DNA of 24,124 nt from a virus (lineage: Duplodnaviria > Caudoviricetes): positions 1 through 24,124 of IMG/VR virus record IMGVR_UViG_3300049899_001442, one strand, 5' to 3'. Within the stretch, counting starts at the first letter, position 1. The number at the start of each line of letters is the position of its first letter. A model generated the notes under the pieces. It was not told the DNA's origin. It did not search any database and was given only the letters and a program-made list of their open reading frames with translations. The position numbers and the translations under genes are program-made. Below, in pieces: positions 7,311 to 17,107 of the stretch.

Positions 7311-10300
7311 TTAGTATAACTCTTGTTGTAACTTTAATAGATTATCTTCACTCAATAAACTATTTCTATCCCAAGTTAAACTTCTACCAAAATTATCTGA
7401 TTGGAGTTTCACCGCAATAATTTTGCCTGGAATTAAATCTTCCTCACAATATTGTAGTTTATTATGCCATACTCTAAAGCTACTGCCATCTTCTGCTCTA
7501 ACATTTGCATATGGTTTTCCCTTCTTAGTTTTTAACATCTCTACCGTACTAATCTTTGTCCAGAAATGTGGCGAGTTTTCATCATCTTCATTGTAATCAG
7601 ATATATGAGCTAACTCTAATTTATTAACAACTTCTTTCATCAGCGCTATTCTTTCAGCATTTTCTGAAACTCTAAACCCAATATTTTCTAACTCAAAAGT
7701 AATTAATTCCTTTTCTACATATTCCTCTTCTGCGTTAATATGAAAAACATCCATGAGTTTTTCTATTTTTTTGCTATTAATAATATCGGCAAAAACAATA
7801 TCTTCATCATCAAATATTTTAATCATCAACTCTTTAAAGTTCTTCTTAGTTTGTAAAGAAAATTGATTAAATACGTCAGTGATATCGCATAATGCCTTTC
7901 TACTTAATTTCTTTCCACAAAGTATTAACCCATCAAATAATCCCAACTTGATAAGTATTTGCATTGCATTATGTGGAATCATCTTGAGTTCTATATTGTC
8001 AGTATAAAACTCTGTAAAGTCTAACCATCCAGAATTAGGTCTATTCTTTTCTATCTTATTTAATACGTTATCGCCTAGACCCTTTATATTCTTTACACCG
8101 ATAATAATATTTTCTTTATTAACTGAAAAACCTTTTGAAAAAGTATTTATATCTCCCAAACTAACTACAGGCTCATCTAACAGCCTTCTTCCCATTGTTA
8201 GACCTAGAGCAATCTCTTCATGTTCCCCTAAGTGGTCATTCAATATAACCTCTGTAAATTCAGCCGGATACTTCGCCTTAAAGTAAATAGTCCAATATGC
8301 TAAGATACTATAACTGATAGCGTGAGACTTATTAAACAAGTACCCTGCGTTATCAATCAACCTCTTAGCTACCGCTCTAGTTTCTTCTACAGAGAGAGCC
8401 ATCTTTTCTGGATAAGCAAACAAGTGTTCTTCCAAATATTCATTGCACTTCTTATGATCCATACTTTCAGCAATCTTTCTTAGGATGTCGCCTTGGCCAA
8501 AGTTCAACCCAAGTAGATTAAACATCTGAATAAACTGCTCTTGATAGATCATAATGTTTTCAGTAGGTTTTAAAATATCATTAAACAAAGGGTGATGATC
8601 ATTAGTTGCTTCTTCTTGACCATTCCTTCTACGAAGAAACGCTTCAGTAGCTCCTAATTTAATAACACCTGGTCTATATATTGCATTCACAGCTGCAATA
8701 TCTTCCACATTACGGGGTACCATCTTCTGCAAACATCTTGTTATATTTGCTCCACCAAACTGAAACACTCCATAAGTATCACCCTCACATAATAAATCAT
8801 ATGCCTTATCATAATACTTTTGCTCGTCTTCATCTAACAAATCTCTATCAATCGGCATTGTATAAAGATCTTCAACAGACATGCCGACCTTCTTCATCAC
8901 CTCCATAATCACCGACAAAGTAGAAAGACCCAACATATCAATCTTAAGAAACTTCATCTTAGATAACTCATCAATCTGCCACTCTGTAACCAAATCACCT
9001 TCTTTTGACTTACGCAACGGCATTACATCATATAGTGGTTGTGACGATATAATCACTCCACCACCAGCAATTGTTTGATTTCTTATGTTACCAATCAACG
9101 TATCAATAGTTGTAATGAAATCTTGAGCCTCTTCTTGTTCCAATGTTTCTATAAAATTCTTTACCTCTTTATTATTATTCATCAAATCAGTAAAGGTTGT
9201 TAGATCTTTGTTTAATGAAATATGGCCACTAATCGTTTTCGCAATCTTGTTAGAAAGTTTAAAGTCAATGCCTTTGTCTTTCGCCAAATCACGAAACAAA
9301 GTATTAACAGAATAACGGGAATAGGCACAAACAGAAGCAATGTTAGCATCGCCCCACTTGGAGGCCACATAATTTTTGACATCCGATCTACGGTTATCTT
9401 GAAAGTCGTTATCAATGTCTGGCTCCTTAATTCTTTCAGGATTCATAAACCGTTCAAAGAATAAGTCATATTTTATAGGGTTCAAATGTGTAATACCCAA
9501 TAGCCAACAAATTAACGAACCACTTGCGCTGCCACGACCAGGCGACATAAGTATATCATTCTCATATGCCCATTGTGTAAAATCATTTGTAATAAGAAAA
9601 TAATCTACATAACCTTTATCTGCAATCAAATCTAACTCTGTTTTCAACCTATCTATATACAATGGAATTTCATCTTCGGGAATAAGATTACTCTTTACCT
9701 TACTCTCCATACCCTTTTTTAATAGGTCTAAAATATAGGTCTTACTATCGTTAAATCCACTTGGAACGCTAAACTTGGGTTCCTTTAAGGTGTCAACATC
9801 AAGTTGTGCCTTACAGCGATTAGCGATGGTTTTTGTAGACTCTATTCCCTCATACAAATACTCATCAGCAATGATATCACCCATGCCAGAATCATACCAC
9901 TTTTGTATCATCTCTTCTTCTGTGGCAAAATGTAGCTTATCTATACCCGCTTCATCAAACGAAGTATTCAGGCGATATAAGAAATTATGTACTTCATGGT
10001 GTTCTTGTTCCACATAATGCACATCGTTAGCCAACAACGTCTTTACATCATACTTCTTTCTAAACATCTCAATAAGCACTTGATTATATTCTCGTTGAAT
10101 ATCTAAAGCGTGTGGATGTAATTCAATAAAAAACCTATTCTTACCAAATATTTCAAGCATATCTTCAAACCATATACTCATATCATCTATCTTCTTACTT
10201 TGCAACATTCTCGCCATAGGAGAGATTACACACGTAGTTGTTGCGATAATGCCTTTATTATACTTTCTCAACAGGGGGATGTCTATAGTTGGCTTACCGT

Positions 10301-10706
10301 AAAAACCTGACATATTCGCATGATAGTTAAGCCTATATATATTCTCTAAACCTTCATTTGTTTCAGCTAACAACAATAAGTGTGACTTACGAAGTCGTAG
10401 CTTGTTAGCTTCTCTTATTTCTGTAGGTGTAAGCCCATCCTTTTCTTCGTCAGTAAGACCTCGTAAAGTGTGGTCTGCTGTAAAATAAAACTCATTCCCA
10501 TATATGATATGGGTGTCAGTTGATTCACCAGCTTGATGAAAAGCAAAATGACTGGCACATGAACCATGTTCTGTTATAGCTAAAGCTTTCTGCCCAATAT
10601 TTGCTGCTTTTTCACAGTAATCTACTGGCTTACCTACACCATCTTGTAAGCTACCAAAAGCAGAATGTAAATGTAAGTGGGTAAAACTATCTATCTTGTC
10701 TCGCAT
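7311..10706 (-). CDS. dnaE: DNA polymerase III alpha subunit (C-family, phage-encoded)
   Basis: PHP domain (HLHLHS, TEHG, GNE, NDVHY); GYVDYFL, PGRGSASGSL, LFFERFMNPER, catalytic PDIDNDF, KIDMLGL, GVFQF, YRPG, YQEQ, FNKSHA; C-terminal OB-like KTKKGKPYA. Confidence 0.97.
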   Translation of the reverse strand: MRDKIDSFTHLHLHSAFGSLQDGVGKPVDYCEKAANIGQKALAITEHGSCASHFAFHQAGESTDTHIIYGNEFYFTADHTLRGLTDEEKDGLTPTEIREANKLRLRKSHLLLLAETNEGLENIYRLNYHANMSGFYGKPTIDIPLLRKYNKGIIATTTCVISPMARMLQSKKIDDMSIWFEDMLEIFGKNRFFIELHPHALDIQREYNQVLIEMFRKKYDVKTLLANDVHYVEQEHHEVHNFLYRLNTSFDEAGIDKLHFATEEEMIQKWYDSGMGDIIADEYLYEGIESTKTIANRCKAQLDVDTLKEPKFSVPSGFNDSKTYILDLLKKGMESKVKSNLIPEDEIPLYIDRLKTELDLIADKGYVDYFLITNDFTQWAYENDILMSPGRGSASGSLICWLLGITHLNPIKYDLFFERFMNPERIKEPDIDNDFQDNRRSDVKNYVASKWGDANIASVCAYSRYSVNTLFRDLAKDKGIDFKLSNKIAKTISGHISLNKDLTTFTDLMNNNKEVKNFIETLEQEEAQDFITTIDTLIGNIRNQTIAGGGVIISSQPLYDVMPLRKSKEGDLVTEWQIDELSKMKFLKIDMLGLSTLSVIMEVMKKVGMSVEDLYTMPIDRDLLDEDEQKYYDKAYDLLCEGDTYGVFQFGGANITRCLQKMVPRNVEDIAAVNAIYRPGVIKLGATEAFLRRRNGQEEATNDHHPLFNDILKPTENIMIYQEQFIQMFNLLGLNFGQGDILRKIAESMDHKKCNEYLEEHLFAYPEKMALSVEETRAVAKRLIDNAGYLFNKSHAISYSILAYWTIYFKAKYPAEFTEVILNDHLGEHEEIALGLTMGRRLLDEPVVSLGDINTFSKGFSVNKENIIIGVKNIKGLGDNVLNKIEKNRPNSGWLDFTEFYTDNIELKMIPHNAMQILIKLGLFDGLILCGKKLSRKALCDITDVFNQFSLQTKKNFKELMIKIFDDEDIVFADIINSKKIEKLMDVFHINAEEEYVEKELITFELENIGFRVSENAERIALMKEVVNKLELAHISDYNEDDENSPHFWTKISTVEMLKTKKGKPYANVRAEDGSSFRVWHNKLQYCEEDLIPGKIIAVKLQSDNFGRSLTWDRNSLLSEDNLLKLQQELY

Positions 10707-10732
10707 ATTTCTCCTTAAAAAGTTATATATAT

Positions 10733-10768
10733 AATATAACTAATTTTCTACATTTTGTCAAGGCTTTT
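10733..10768 (-). promoter_or_regulatory. sigma70-type promoter (copy 2) upstream of dnaE
   Basis: AAAAGCC-TTGACA (10761-10756), N17, TATATT (10738-10733); the -35 contains the TGA stop of the upstream gene. Confidence 0.85.
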
Positions 10769-11264
10769 CTACCTTTAAATACTTTTTATTTTCATCTGTA
10801 AAGCTGTCATAATATTTTGTATTCTTTAAGTTTTGATGTGATTTATTTAATTCGTCAACATACGCAACATTAATAAGAAAATATGGTGCTGGTGATCTTG
10901 TTGTCACCCCCTCTACCTCAAAATCATCATCGGGGTGAAAAGTTATTACTTTTATATATCCCATCTTTCTTTTCCGTAAACCTCTATTAATCCAATGCTG
11001 AAAGTTTTTATACTCATGCACTTTTATATCAGATATGCATGCTATTATCATAGAGGTATATTCGTCTTCTTCATCCCACTCATCTATCATTTTAAATAAA
11101 GATTTAGGATATCCTCTTTGAAAAACTTCATACTTTAATTTACCAGAAGCTCTTTCCTTTTCTACAAAAGGGCAAATTGGAAAACCACCAAATGCTTCGT
11201 TAGGTGTCGCCAACCAATCTATATATTCATTTACTTTTGCAACTATTGTTTCTTTATCTTCCAT
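10758..11264 (-). CDS. DUF1415-like hypothetical protein
   Basis: ICPFV, TFHPDD and RSPAPY motifs resemble DUF1415; likely ATG at 11264 (track start 11279). Confidence 0.6.
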   Translation of the reverse strand: MEDKETIVAKVNEYIDWLATPNEAFGGFPICPFVEKERASGKLKYEVFQRGYPKSLFKMIDEWDEEDEYTSMIIACISDIKVHEYKNFQHWINRGLRKRKMGYIKVITFHPDDDFEVEGVTTRSPAPYFLINVAYVDELNKSHQNLKNTKYYDSFTDENKKYLKVEKP

Positions 11265-11683
11265 ACCGGAACTCCACACACTTCAAGAAACTTCTTACCA
11301 TCAAGTATACGATATTCATCTATGTAATAAAATTTTTTAATACCAGCGGCTACTATTAACTTAGCGCATGAAATACACGGTGTCATAGTACAATAAATTA
11401 TACAACCCTCTGTATTAATGCCATTACGTGCCGCATAACCTATTGCGTTTTGTTCAGCATGTATTCCAAGAAAACATGAACCATTAATATCTTTCTTACA
11501 AACCTCTTCGCCACCATCATCTATACAATTTAAAGAGCCAGACGGCGGTCCGTTATAACCAAAGGAAATAATTCTATTATCTTTAATTAAAAGGGCTGCC
11601 TGTTTAGCTTTTACACAAGAAGATCGCTGAGCAACTAATTTTGTTGTTTCTACAAATAACTCATCAAATGTTATTCTACTCAA
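11243..11683 (-). CDS. dCMP deaminase
   Basis: RSSC, GYNGPPSG, Zn motifs HAEQNAI and PCISCAK; likely TTG start at 11683 after AGGAG (track start 11713). Confidence 0.93.
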   Translation of the reverse strand: MSRITFDELFVETTKLVAQRSSCVKAKQAALLIKDNRIISFGYNGPPSGSLNCIDDGGEEVCKKDINGSCFLGIHAEQNAIGYAARNGINTEGCIIYCTMTPCISCAKLIVAAGIKKFYYIDEYRILDGKKFLEVCGVPVWKIKKQ

Positions 11684-12098
11684 AACACTCCTGTGTCTTT
11701 TCATCATACACAACTTTACCAGACCTATTTAGCAATCTATCACCATCTTGACTATATTTTTGATTTTGGCCTAAAGTCATATGCTTTAACATTGTAGGTA
11801 TATTACCAAAATCTTCTGCTAACTTTTTCAAAGGACCGTAAAAATAATTACCAGGTTTTTCTGCCACCTTTTTTGTTGGCCTTATTAAGTGCTCTAATGA
11901 CATACCATTTTCTGTATTTTTTTGTTTACGCCTATATCTTTCATGGATCTTGGTGGTTTCATCTTTATTTTTTTCTTCTTCCATTTGATTATCATTAAGG
12001 CGTATCTGTTCATAATTTTGTTGTAATCGCTCATGCTCCAACTCTTGGCGCTGAGTCTCACTACCTATCTTTCGCAAAATAGATTTAGTATTGGCCAT
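11676..12098 (-). CDS. Hypothetical protein
   Basis: 140-aa hydrophilic ORF overlapping the next gene. Confidence 0.7.
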   Translation of the reverse strand: MANTKSILRKIGSETQRQELEHERLQQNYEQIRLNDNQMEEEKNKDETTKIHERYRRKQKNTENGMSLEHLIRPTKKVAEKPGNYFYGPLKKLAEDFGNIPTMLKHMTLGQNQKYSQDGDRLLNRSGKVVYDEKTQECFE

Positions 12099-12180
12099 AT
12101 TTTTTGCCTTTTCTTTTTTTGTTATTAGCCGATCAGCCCTTTGTAATCTTTGTATCTATTACAGGAATGGGAAGGCTTTT

Positions 12181-14028
12181 TTATGTTAGCTCACAACTAC
12201 CCCCAGCACAGGCTAATTCACCTGTTAAATTAGTGTTGTCTATCACTTCTATTACACCCGACAAATCTACTTCTCTTAAATTATTAAACAATGTGTTAAA
12301 TGTTTTCTCATCCGTATCTTCAAATGGCATCTGCTTGTGAGTACCGCCGAAATAAGGTAATACAGATAACCCGTTGTAATAGTCACGATTTTCCCACATC
12401 CACTTGCCAACCTCATCCCACTCTTCCTTAACTGAAACAGTGCAAGAAACATTATGTGTATTGTTGCCACCGTTATGACCCGGAACAATCCACCTGTTGT
12501 ATATATCCTTTACTCTATCTAATAGTGCTAAAGAAGTTTCATGTCTTAATATTCCATCTTCTGGCGCTCGTTGAGGAATAGAAATTATAGCTTGAGTATC
12601 ACCTTTAAAGAAATCGTCTTCTACTAACTCTGGATGATTAATAGATAAGTAGGTGTAGATAGCTTCATTCTTACCCACACGTAAACGGCGAATGTAATAA
12701 TCATTATGCCACGCATGAATACCACTAGAAGTTCCTAACACACACGATGTAGTACCGCTTGGTTTAACTGTAGTCACTCTAGCGGCTGAGTTTATACCTA
12801 ACTCACCCGCATAATACTTGTTAGTAGAAACTGCCAATTCTGCCGCGGCTTGCAAGTTTAGTTTCTGAACTCTACCACTTCCAATACCTGTCATACCAAC
12901 ACCTAGAAGAGCATCTTTCTCTGTAGTGCGACGCCATATATCACGCAAATAATGAAAGTTTGTATATGCCGCTTGAAGTGTACCGATAAGAGATGCAGCA
13001 GAAACTCTATCGTTAAGGTCTTGCTGTGTCTCTACATCACTAACATTTACTTCACAGAGATTACAAAACTGAAACGGTCTTAATGCAATTTCTGCACAAG
13101 GATTAGTACCCCATTCAGAATCGTTTGTAAAGTATACACCTGGCTCACCAGCTCCACTTTCTTTTACTTTTTCCCATATGTTAAAGAAATCTTTCTTCTT
13201 TACTCTATGTCTTACAACTACAGCAGAATTATTGGCTCTTGCTCTTTGGGGTTCTGTTTCCCACCAGTCTCCGAATTTGGACGATAACATTTCTTGATCA
13301 TCAATGGAAAACAAACTAATAGTAGCAGACCTACGGATACCGCCAGATAAAACTGCGTCTGCAATCCAACACACGATATCATGTACTTCCAAAGTAGAGA
13401 GTTGCTCACCATGATTCTTCCTATCAAATATTCTTTTAATGTTATGTACACAATCCTTCAATGGTTCGGGACCAGGCGCTTTACCCCCACTAGTAATAAG
13501 CATAGCACCTTTAAGTCTTATTCCACCAAAATCAAAATCGGGTTCGGGTTTTCCACCAAAGTAAGCTTTCATCAGCATCTTAATGCAATCAGCCCAACCT
13601 TCAATACTGTCACCAACTAGATAACGGCGCTTCTTAGTAGGTTTAGTTATCGCTGGTAGTTTTTCTACATGATGCTTCTGAACTGAATAACCTACACCAG
13701 TTCCACCCAATAACAAAAACATGACTTCGCTAAACGCACGATAGTCATCAATAGGTAAATATGCGCAATTATATATACGTGACGGTGATTGCTTAATCGC
13801 TGCACCAGCAAATTGTAATGACCTCATAGAAGGTAAAACTTTCTTTTCGTATACTAGCTCATAAGCTTTTTCTATGTTAGGTCTGAGCTGCGGAAAATTG
13901 GCAATATGCATATCACGATTTCTAGTAATAAGCTCTTTCCATGTTTCTCTTCTTTGTTCAGTTGGAAGGTACCGTGCATACTTCATATGCACTGTAACTT
14001 CAGATAAAATCTGCTGCGATATGTCCAT
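12181..14028 (-). CDS. nrdJ: Class II adenosylcobalamin-dependent ribonucleotide reductase (monomeric RTPR-like)
   Basis: LPSMRSLQF, YNCAY, GGTGVGYS, GIRRSA, TNPCAEI..RPFQFCNLCEV, TTVKPSGT, C-terminal CAGGSC redox pair; no beta subunit in the window. Confidence 0.93.
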   Translation of the reverse strand: MDISQQILSEVTVHMKYARYLPTEQRRETWKELITRNRDMHIANFPQLRPNIEKAYELVYEKKVLPSMRSLQFAGAAIKQSPSRIYNCAYLPIDDYRAFSEVMFLLLGGTGVGYSVQKHHVEKLPAITKPTKKRRYLVGDSIEGWADCIKMLMKAYFGGKPEPDFDFGGIRLKGAMLITSGGKAPGPEPLKDCVHNIKRIFDRKNHGEQLSTLEVHDIVCWIADAVLSGGIRRSATISLFSIDDQEMLSSKFGDWWETEPQRARANNSAVVVRHRVKKKDFFNIWEKVKESGAGEPGVYFTNDSEWGTNPCAEIALRPFQFCNLCEVNVSDVETQQDLNDRVSAASLIGTLQAAYTNFHYLRDIWRRTTEKDALLGVGMTGIGSGRVQKLNLQAAAELAVSTNKYYAGELGINSAARVTTVKPSGTTSCVLGTSSGIHAWHNDYYIRRLRVGKNEAIYTYLSINHPELVEDDFFKGDTQAIISIPQRAPEDGILRHETSLALLDRVKDIYNRWIVPGHNGGNNTHNVSCTVSVKEEWDEVGKWMWENRDYYNGLSVLPYFGGTHKQMPFEDTDEKTFNTLFNNLREVDLSGVIEVIDNTNLTGELACAGGSCELT

Positions 14029-14030
14029 TG

Positions 14031-14252
14031 TTATTCTCCGTCTGTCGGTGTCTTTACATTTTTTGCGCTCTCATATCCATCTCTAAAAAATCCTTTTCCA
14101 AAACTAATACCTACTGGCGAAATAATTCTTTTTACTTCTTCGTTACAGTTAGAGCAATATCTTTTTTCTTTTGGATTATACTTTTTAATGCTTATATTGA
14201 TTGTTAACTTATTTCCACATTGATCACAACCATATTCATATATGGCCATCAA
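14031..14252 (-). CDS. FmdB-family zinc-ribbon protein
   Basis: IYEYGCDQCG...CSNC...KRIIS...FGKGFF pattern. Confidence 0.85.
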   Translation of the reverse strand: MMAIYEYGCDQCGNKLTINISIKKYNPKEKRYCSNCNEEVKRIISPVGISFGKGFFRDGYESAKNVKTPTDGE

Positions 14253-14494
14253 AGACTCCTTTTCCCGCTTTTTTCCACCCTATGAATAAATTCAGTATGC
14301 CCATTATCAGATGTCATTAGAACTTCATATTCGACAACCTCATTAGTATACACATCTTCTTTGGACATCATTTCATTAGCTATACGTATTACATCATCTT
14401 TTTTAGTATCTCTACGGTTAGCAGAATAGATGTGTGATATTTGTGTATCCGCATGACCCCATCGGTGTGTTTTTGTTATTGTGAACCTTTCCAT
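14249..14494 (-). CDS. Hypothetical protein
   Basis: Likely ATG at 14494 (MERFTI) after GAGGA; ATGA overlap with the next gene (track start 14548). Confidence 0.65.
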   Translation of the reverse strand: MERFTITKTHRWGHADTQISHIYSANRRDTKKDDVIRIANEMMSKEDVYTNEVVEYEVLMTSDNGHTEFIHRVEKSGKRSL

Positions 14495-14498
14495 ATTT

Positions 14499-15845
14499 TT
14501 ATTCCTCTTTAAAAGTTCTATATAAAGATTGCATCTTGTCGCCGCCATTTAACATACCATTGACTTTATCACCAATAGATAACCCACCAATTGTTGGCAT
14601 ATCTTCGTTTAGATCAATATAAGCACGAGCAGGGTCCATCTTAATATTAAAATTTACATTGGCTTCTCCCATTCTATTTTTACCAATGTGAAATTTACGT
14701 TGGGAAAAGGTACCAAAGAAGTCTACAACCATTGCCTTGTTGATTGCCTCACCAACTTTATCAATAGTAATAATATCATCATTGAATCCATCGCGGTTGC
14801 TTTGAGTGGCTGTCCAAATCGGCAACTTCATCTCCATAGACAACGCACGAAGATCTTCAAAAATACTTTCTAACTCAAAACGCTTTTGATCATAACCACG
14901 GCGGCTCTTCATCAAATCACCATAATCAATTATTATTAAATCAGGGTTAAACCCATTGGATAATAACCTACCCATATGAAATTTGATAGTATTAATCGTT
15001 GCGACTTTCGGTGGATATTCTTTGATAAACAACTGGCCACCATTAAAACGAGTTAATTCATTTTCAGCCTCTGCCATTCGGCCACGCAACTCTTTTGTAG
15101 GAATACCCGTTATACGACTATCATAACGATTACCAACATGGGTTTCGCTTAACTCAAAAGAATAGTGGATTACATTTTTACCTGCGGCTAAAGCACCATA
15201 CCCAAGATTTACAAGAAAGAATGATTTGCCACCACCGGTGGGTGCCATTACTACACCTAACTCGCCGTGAGCCAAACCGCCATCTAACACATTGTTTTGA
15301 TCTAACAACGGGAACCCTGTTGGAATACACGCCCTTGCATGTACTTGTTGACGAGACTTAAACGAATCAAAATAATCAGACCCCAAATCTTGTTCAGTAC
15401 TAATCTTTAAACTATCTTCAATAGTTTTTTGAATCTCTTCAAACTTACCTTCCTTCAACAATTCTACTGATTGTAGAATTGCACCCTTCATAGATTGATT
15501 CTTACAAAACTCTAATGACTTATCTTTTGCGTATTCAATCTCTTGACGATTAACCTTTGTTTCAATATCCAGTAACACATTAATAGTAGATTCTTTTAGC
15601 TCACCTTCAGGATATTGGGAAATTTCTGTTTTTAAAGTATCATAGGTTGGAGGTGCACTATACTTATTGAATAGTTTTCTTATCTCTAACCAAACTGTTT
15701 TGTGTGCTTCAGATGTAAAGTATTCTTCTTTTAATACCTCAAAACTCTTTTCAAAAAATTCTCTATCAATTAAAGCTGCTTGAAGAACACAATTCTGAAA
15801 ATTTGTTCCAAAAGACTTAAAAGAATCAACATCCCTATACGACAT
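14499..15845 (-). CDS. Replicative helicase, DnaB/T4 gp41-like (SF4)
   Basis: IPTGF..LD...GGL..GEL, Walker A APTGGGKS, FELS, Walker B IIIDY, WTATQSNR, KNR arginine finger. Confidence 0.93.
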   Translation of the reverse strand: MSYRDVDSFKSFGTNFQNCVLQAALIDREFFEKSFEVLKEEYFTSEAHKTVWLEIRKLFNKYSAPPTYDTLKTEISQYPEGELKESTINVLLDIETKVNRQEIEYAKDKSLEFCKNQSMKGAILQSVELLKEGKFEEIQKTIEDSLKISTEQDLGSDYFDSFKSRQQVHARACIPTGFPLLDQNNVLDGGLAHGELGVVMAPTGGGKSFFLVNLGYGALAAGKNVIHYSFELSETHVGNRYDSRITGIPTKELRGRMAEAENELTRFNGGQLFIKEYPPKVATINTIKFHMGRLLSNGFNPDLIIIDYGDLMKSRRGYDQKRFELESIFEDLRALSMEMKLPIWTATQSNRDGFNDDIITIDKVGEAINKAMVVDFFGTFSQRKFHIGKNRMGEANVNFNIKMDPARAYIDLNEDMPTIGGLSIGDKVNGMLNGGDKMQSLYRTFKEE

Positions 15846-15856
15846 CTATAATCTCC

Positions 15857-16828
15857 TTAAAGTATTACGGGTTCGCGAGAAACCGACATATAAGATGAAA
15901 CCCAATTATCAATATTAGTGGGCGATATATCTTCGTTCATCAACTTAAGTCTAAGTTGATAAGGATTAAACTTTAAATCTTTATTTTCATAACTTTTCTC
16001 TAACGCCACAATTGATTGCATATTCACCTCTATATCTAGTAGTTGTACTATCTTATAGTTCAGCCTTAACATTTCTTCATTATCAATATACTTCTGATAC
16101 TTACTATTCTTTTGACTATTTGCATATTCTAAAATATCATCTACACCCATATCTTCCTTGACTGAAAGTAATGGAAAATCCCTCTTAGCGCTCTTCTCTC
16201 CAACGCCAGAGATGCCAGTGATGTTATCACTCTTATCACCCACGATTGCCTTTAGAAGTGCATAATTAGGTGGGAAAACTAACTCTTTTTCCACCATATA
16301 ATTCAAGTCTATCGTTTCACCTTTAGGATTTTCTTTACTCTTAACTGGCCGATAAATAGTAGTGTTACTATCGACTAATTGAAAAAAATCTCTATCAGTA
16401 GAAACAATTACTTTTGCCTCATTTTTAAAGAAATTTCTACAGGAATATGCTATTTGATCATCGGCTTCTAAATACTGAACTGCCGGTTGATATACGGGGA
16501 GTAAGTCTAGACACTCTTTAAGTAATTGGAGTTGTCTAGCAAAGGATGCTGTTTCATCTTCTTGTGAATATTCAAAATGCCTATTAAGACCTCTAAACTT
16601 TCTACCCTCTTTGTATTCCTTTAACATACGTCTTCGCCGTTCTGATGAACCTTTACCTTCCCATACCACCGAAACAATATCGGGGTTATGCTTTTTTATT
16701 TGCGATTGCAAACTATTAAGAGTGCCAAATGCTCCCCCAACGTGTTCGCCATTATCGTTTGTTAGCCTAACTGCGGAGAAATTTCTAACAAACATATTCA
16801 TCAAATCAATCAATAAAACCTTTTTCAT
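15857..16828 (-). CDS. 5'-3' exonuclease / flap endonuclease (PolA N-terminal or T4 RNase H-like)
   Basis: LLID, YKEGR, EADD, STDRDF, GDKSDNI.GI.GVGEK (H3TH) motifs. Confidence 0.93.
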   Translation of the reverse strand: MKKVLLIDLMNMFVRNFSAVRLTNDNGEHVGGAFGTLNSLQSQIKKHNPDIVSVVWEGKGSSERRRRMLKEYKEGRKFRGLNRHFEYSQEDETASFARQLQLLKECLDLLPVYQPAVQYLEADDQIAYSCRNFFKNEAKVIVSTDRDFFQLVDSNTTIYRPVKSKENPKGETIDLNYMVEKELVFPPNYALLKAIVGDKSDNITGISGVGEKSAKRDFPLLSVKEDMGVDDILEYANSQKNSKYQKYIDNEEMLRLNYKIVQLLDIEVNMQSIVALEKSYENKDLKFNPYQLRLKLMNEDISPTNIDNWVSSYMSVSREPVIL

Positions 16829-16881
16829 ATTCTTACCATGCCGCCATTTTGGTTAAAAGTCTTTTTGTAATCACTCTATAT

Positions 16882-16917
16882 AATATAACCAATTCCCTCC
16901 AAGTTGTCAAGCTTTTT
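16882..16917 (-). promoter_or_regulatory. sigma70-type promoter (copy 3) upstream of the 5'-3' exonuclease, helicase and nrdJ
   Basis: AAAAAGC-TTGACA (16910-16905), N17 ending AATTGGT, TATATT (16887-16882). Confidence 0.85.
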
Positions 16918-17107
16918 CTTTGCTCTACCAAACATTCTTTTTCTCGCACCTTAGCTAATCGAACAACCCATCTTTGCTGCTTTAATACGCATAATCTTGT
17001 GCCGCCTGTATGCCAAACGCAGTTTTCAATAAAGATCCAAAACCAAACCCTAGGTGTGATTAACATAATAAAAACCTTTAATTAACATTAGTGACTCATT
17101 ATCTATT

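Noticed and set aside
12099-14260. Cobalamin riboswitch linked to nrdJ
   Set aside because: There is no intergenic room upstream, and the downstream spacer lacks a B12-box consensus.
16833-17066. 77-aa ORF as a confident gene
   Set aside because: No clear RBS, atypical composition, and it runs straight through promoter copy 3.
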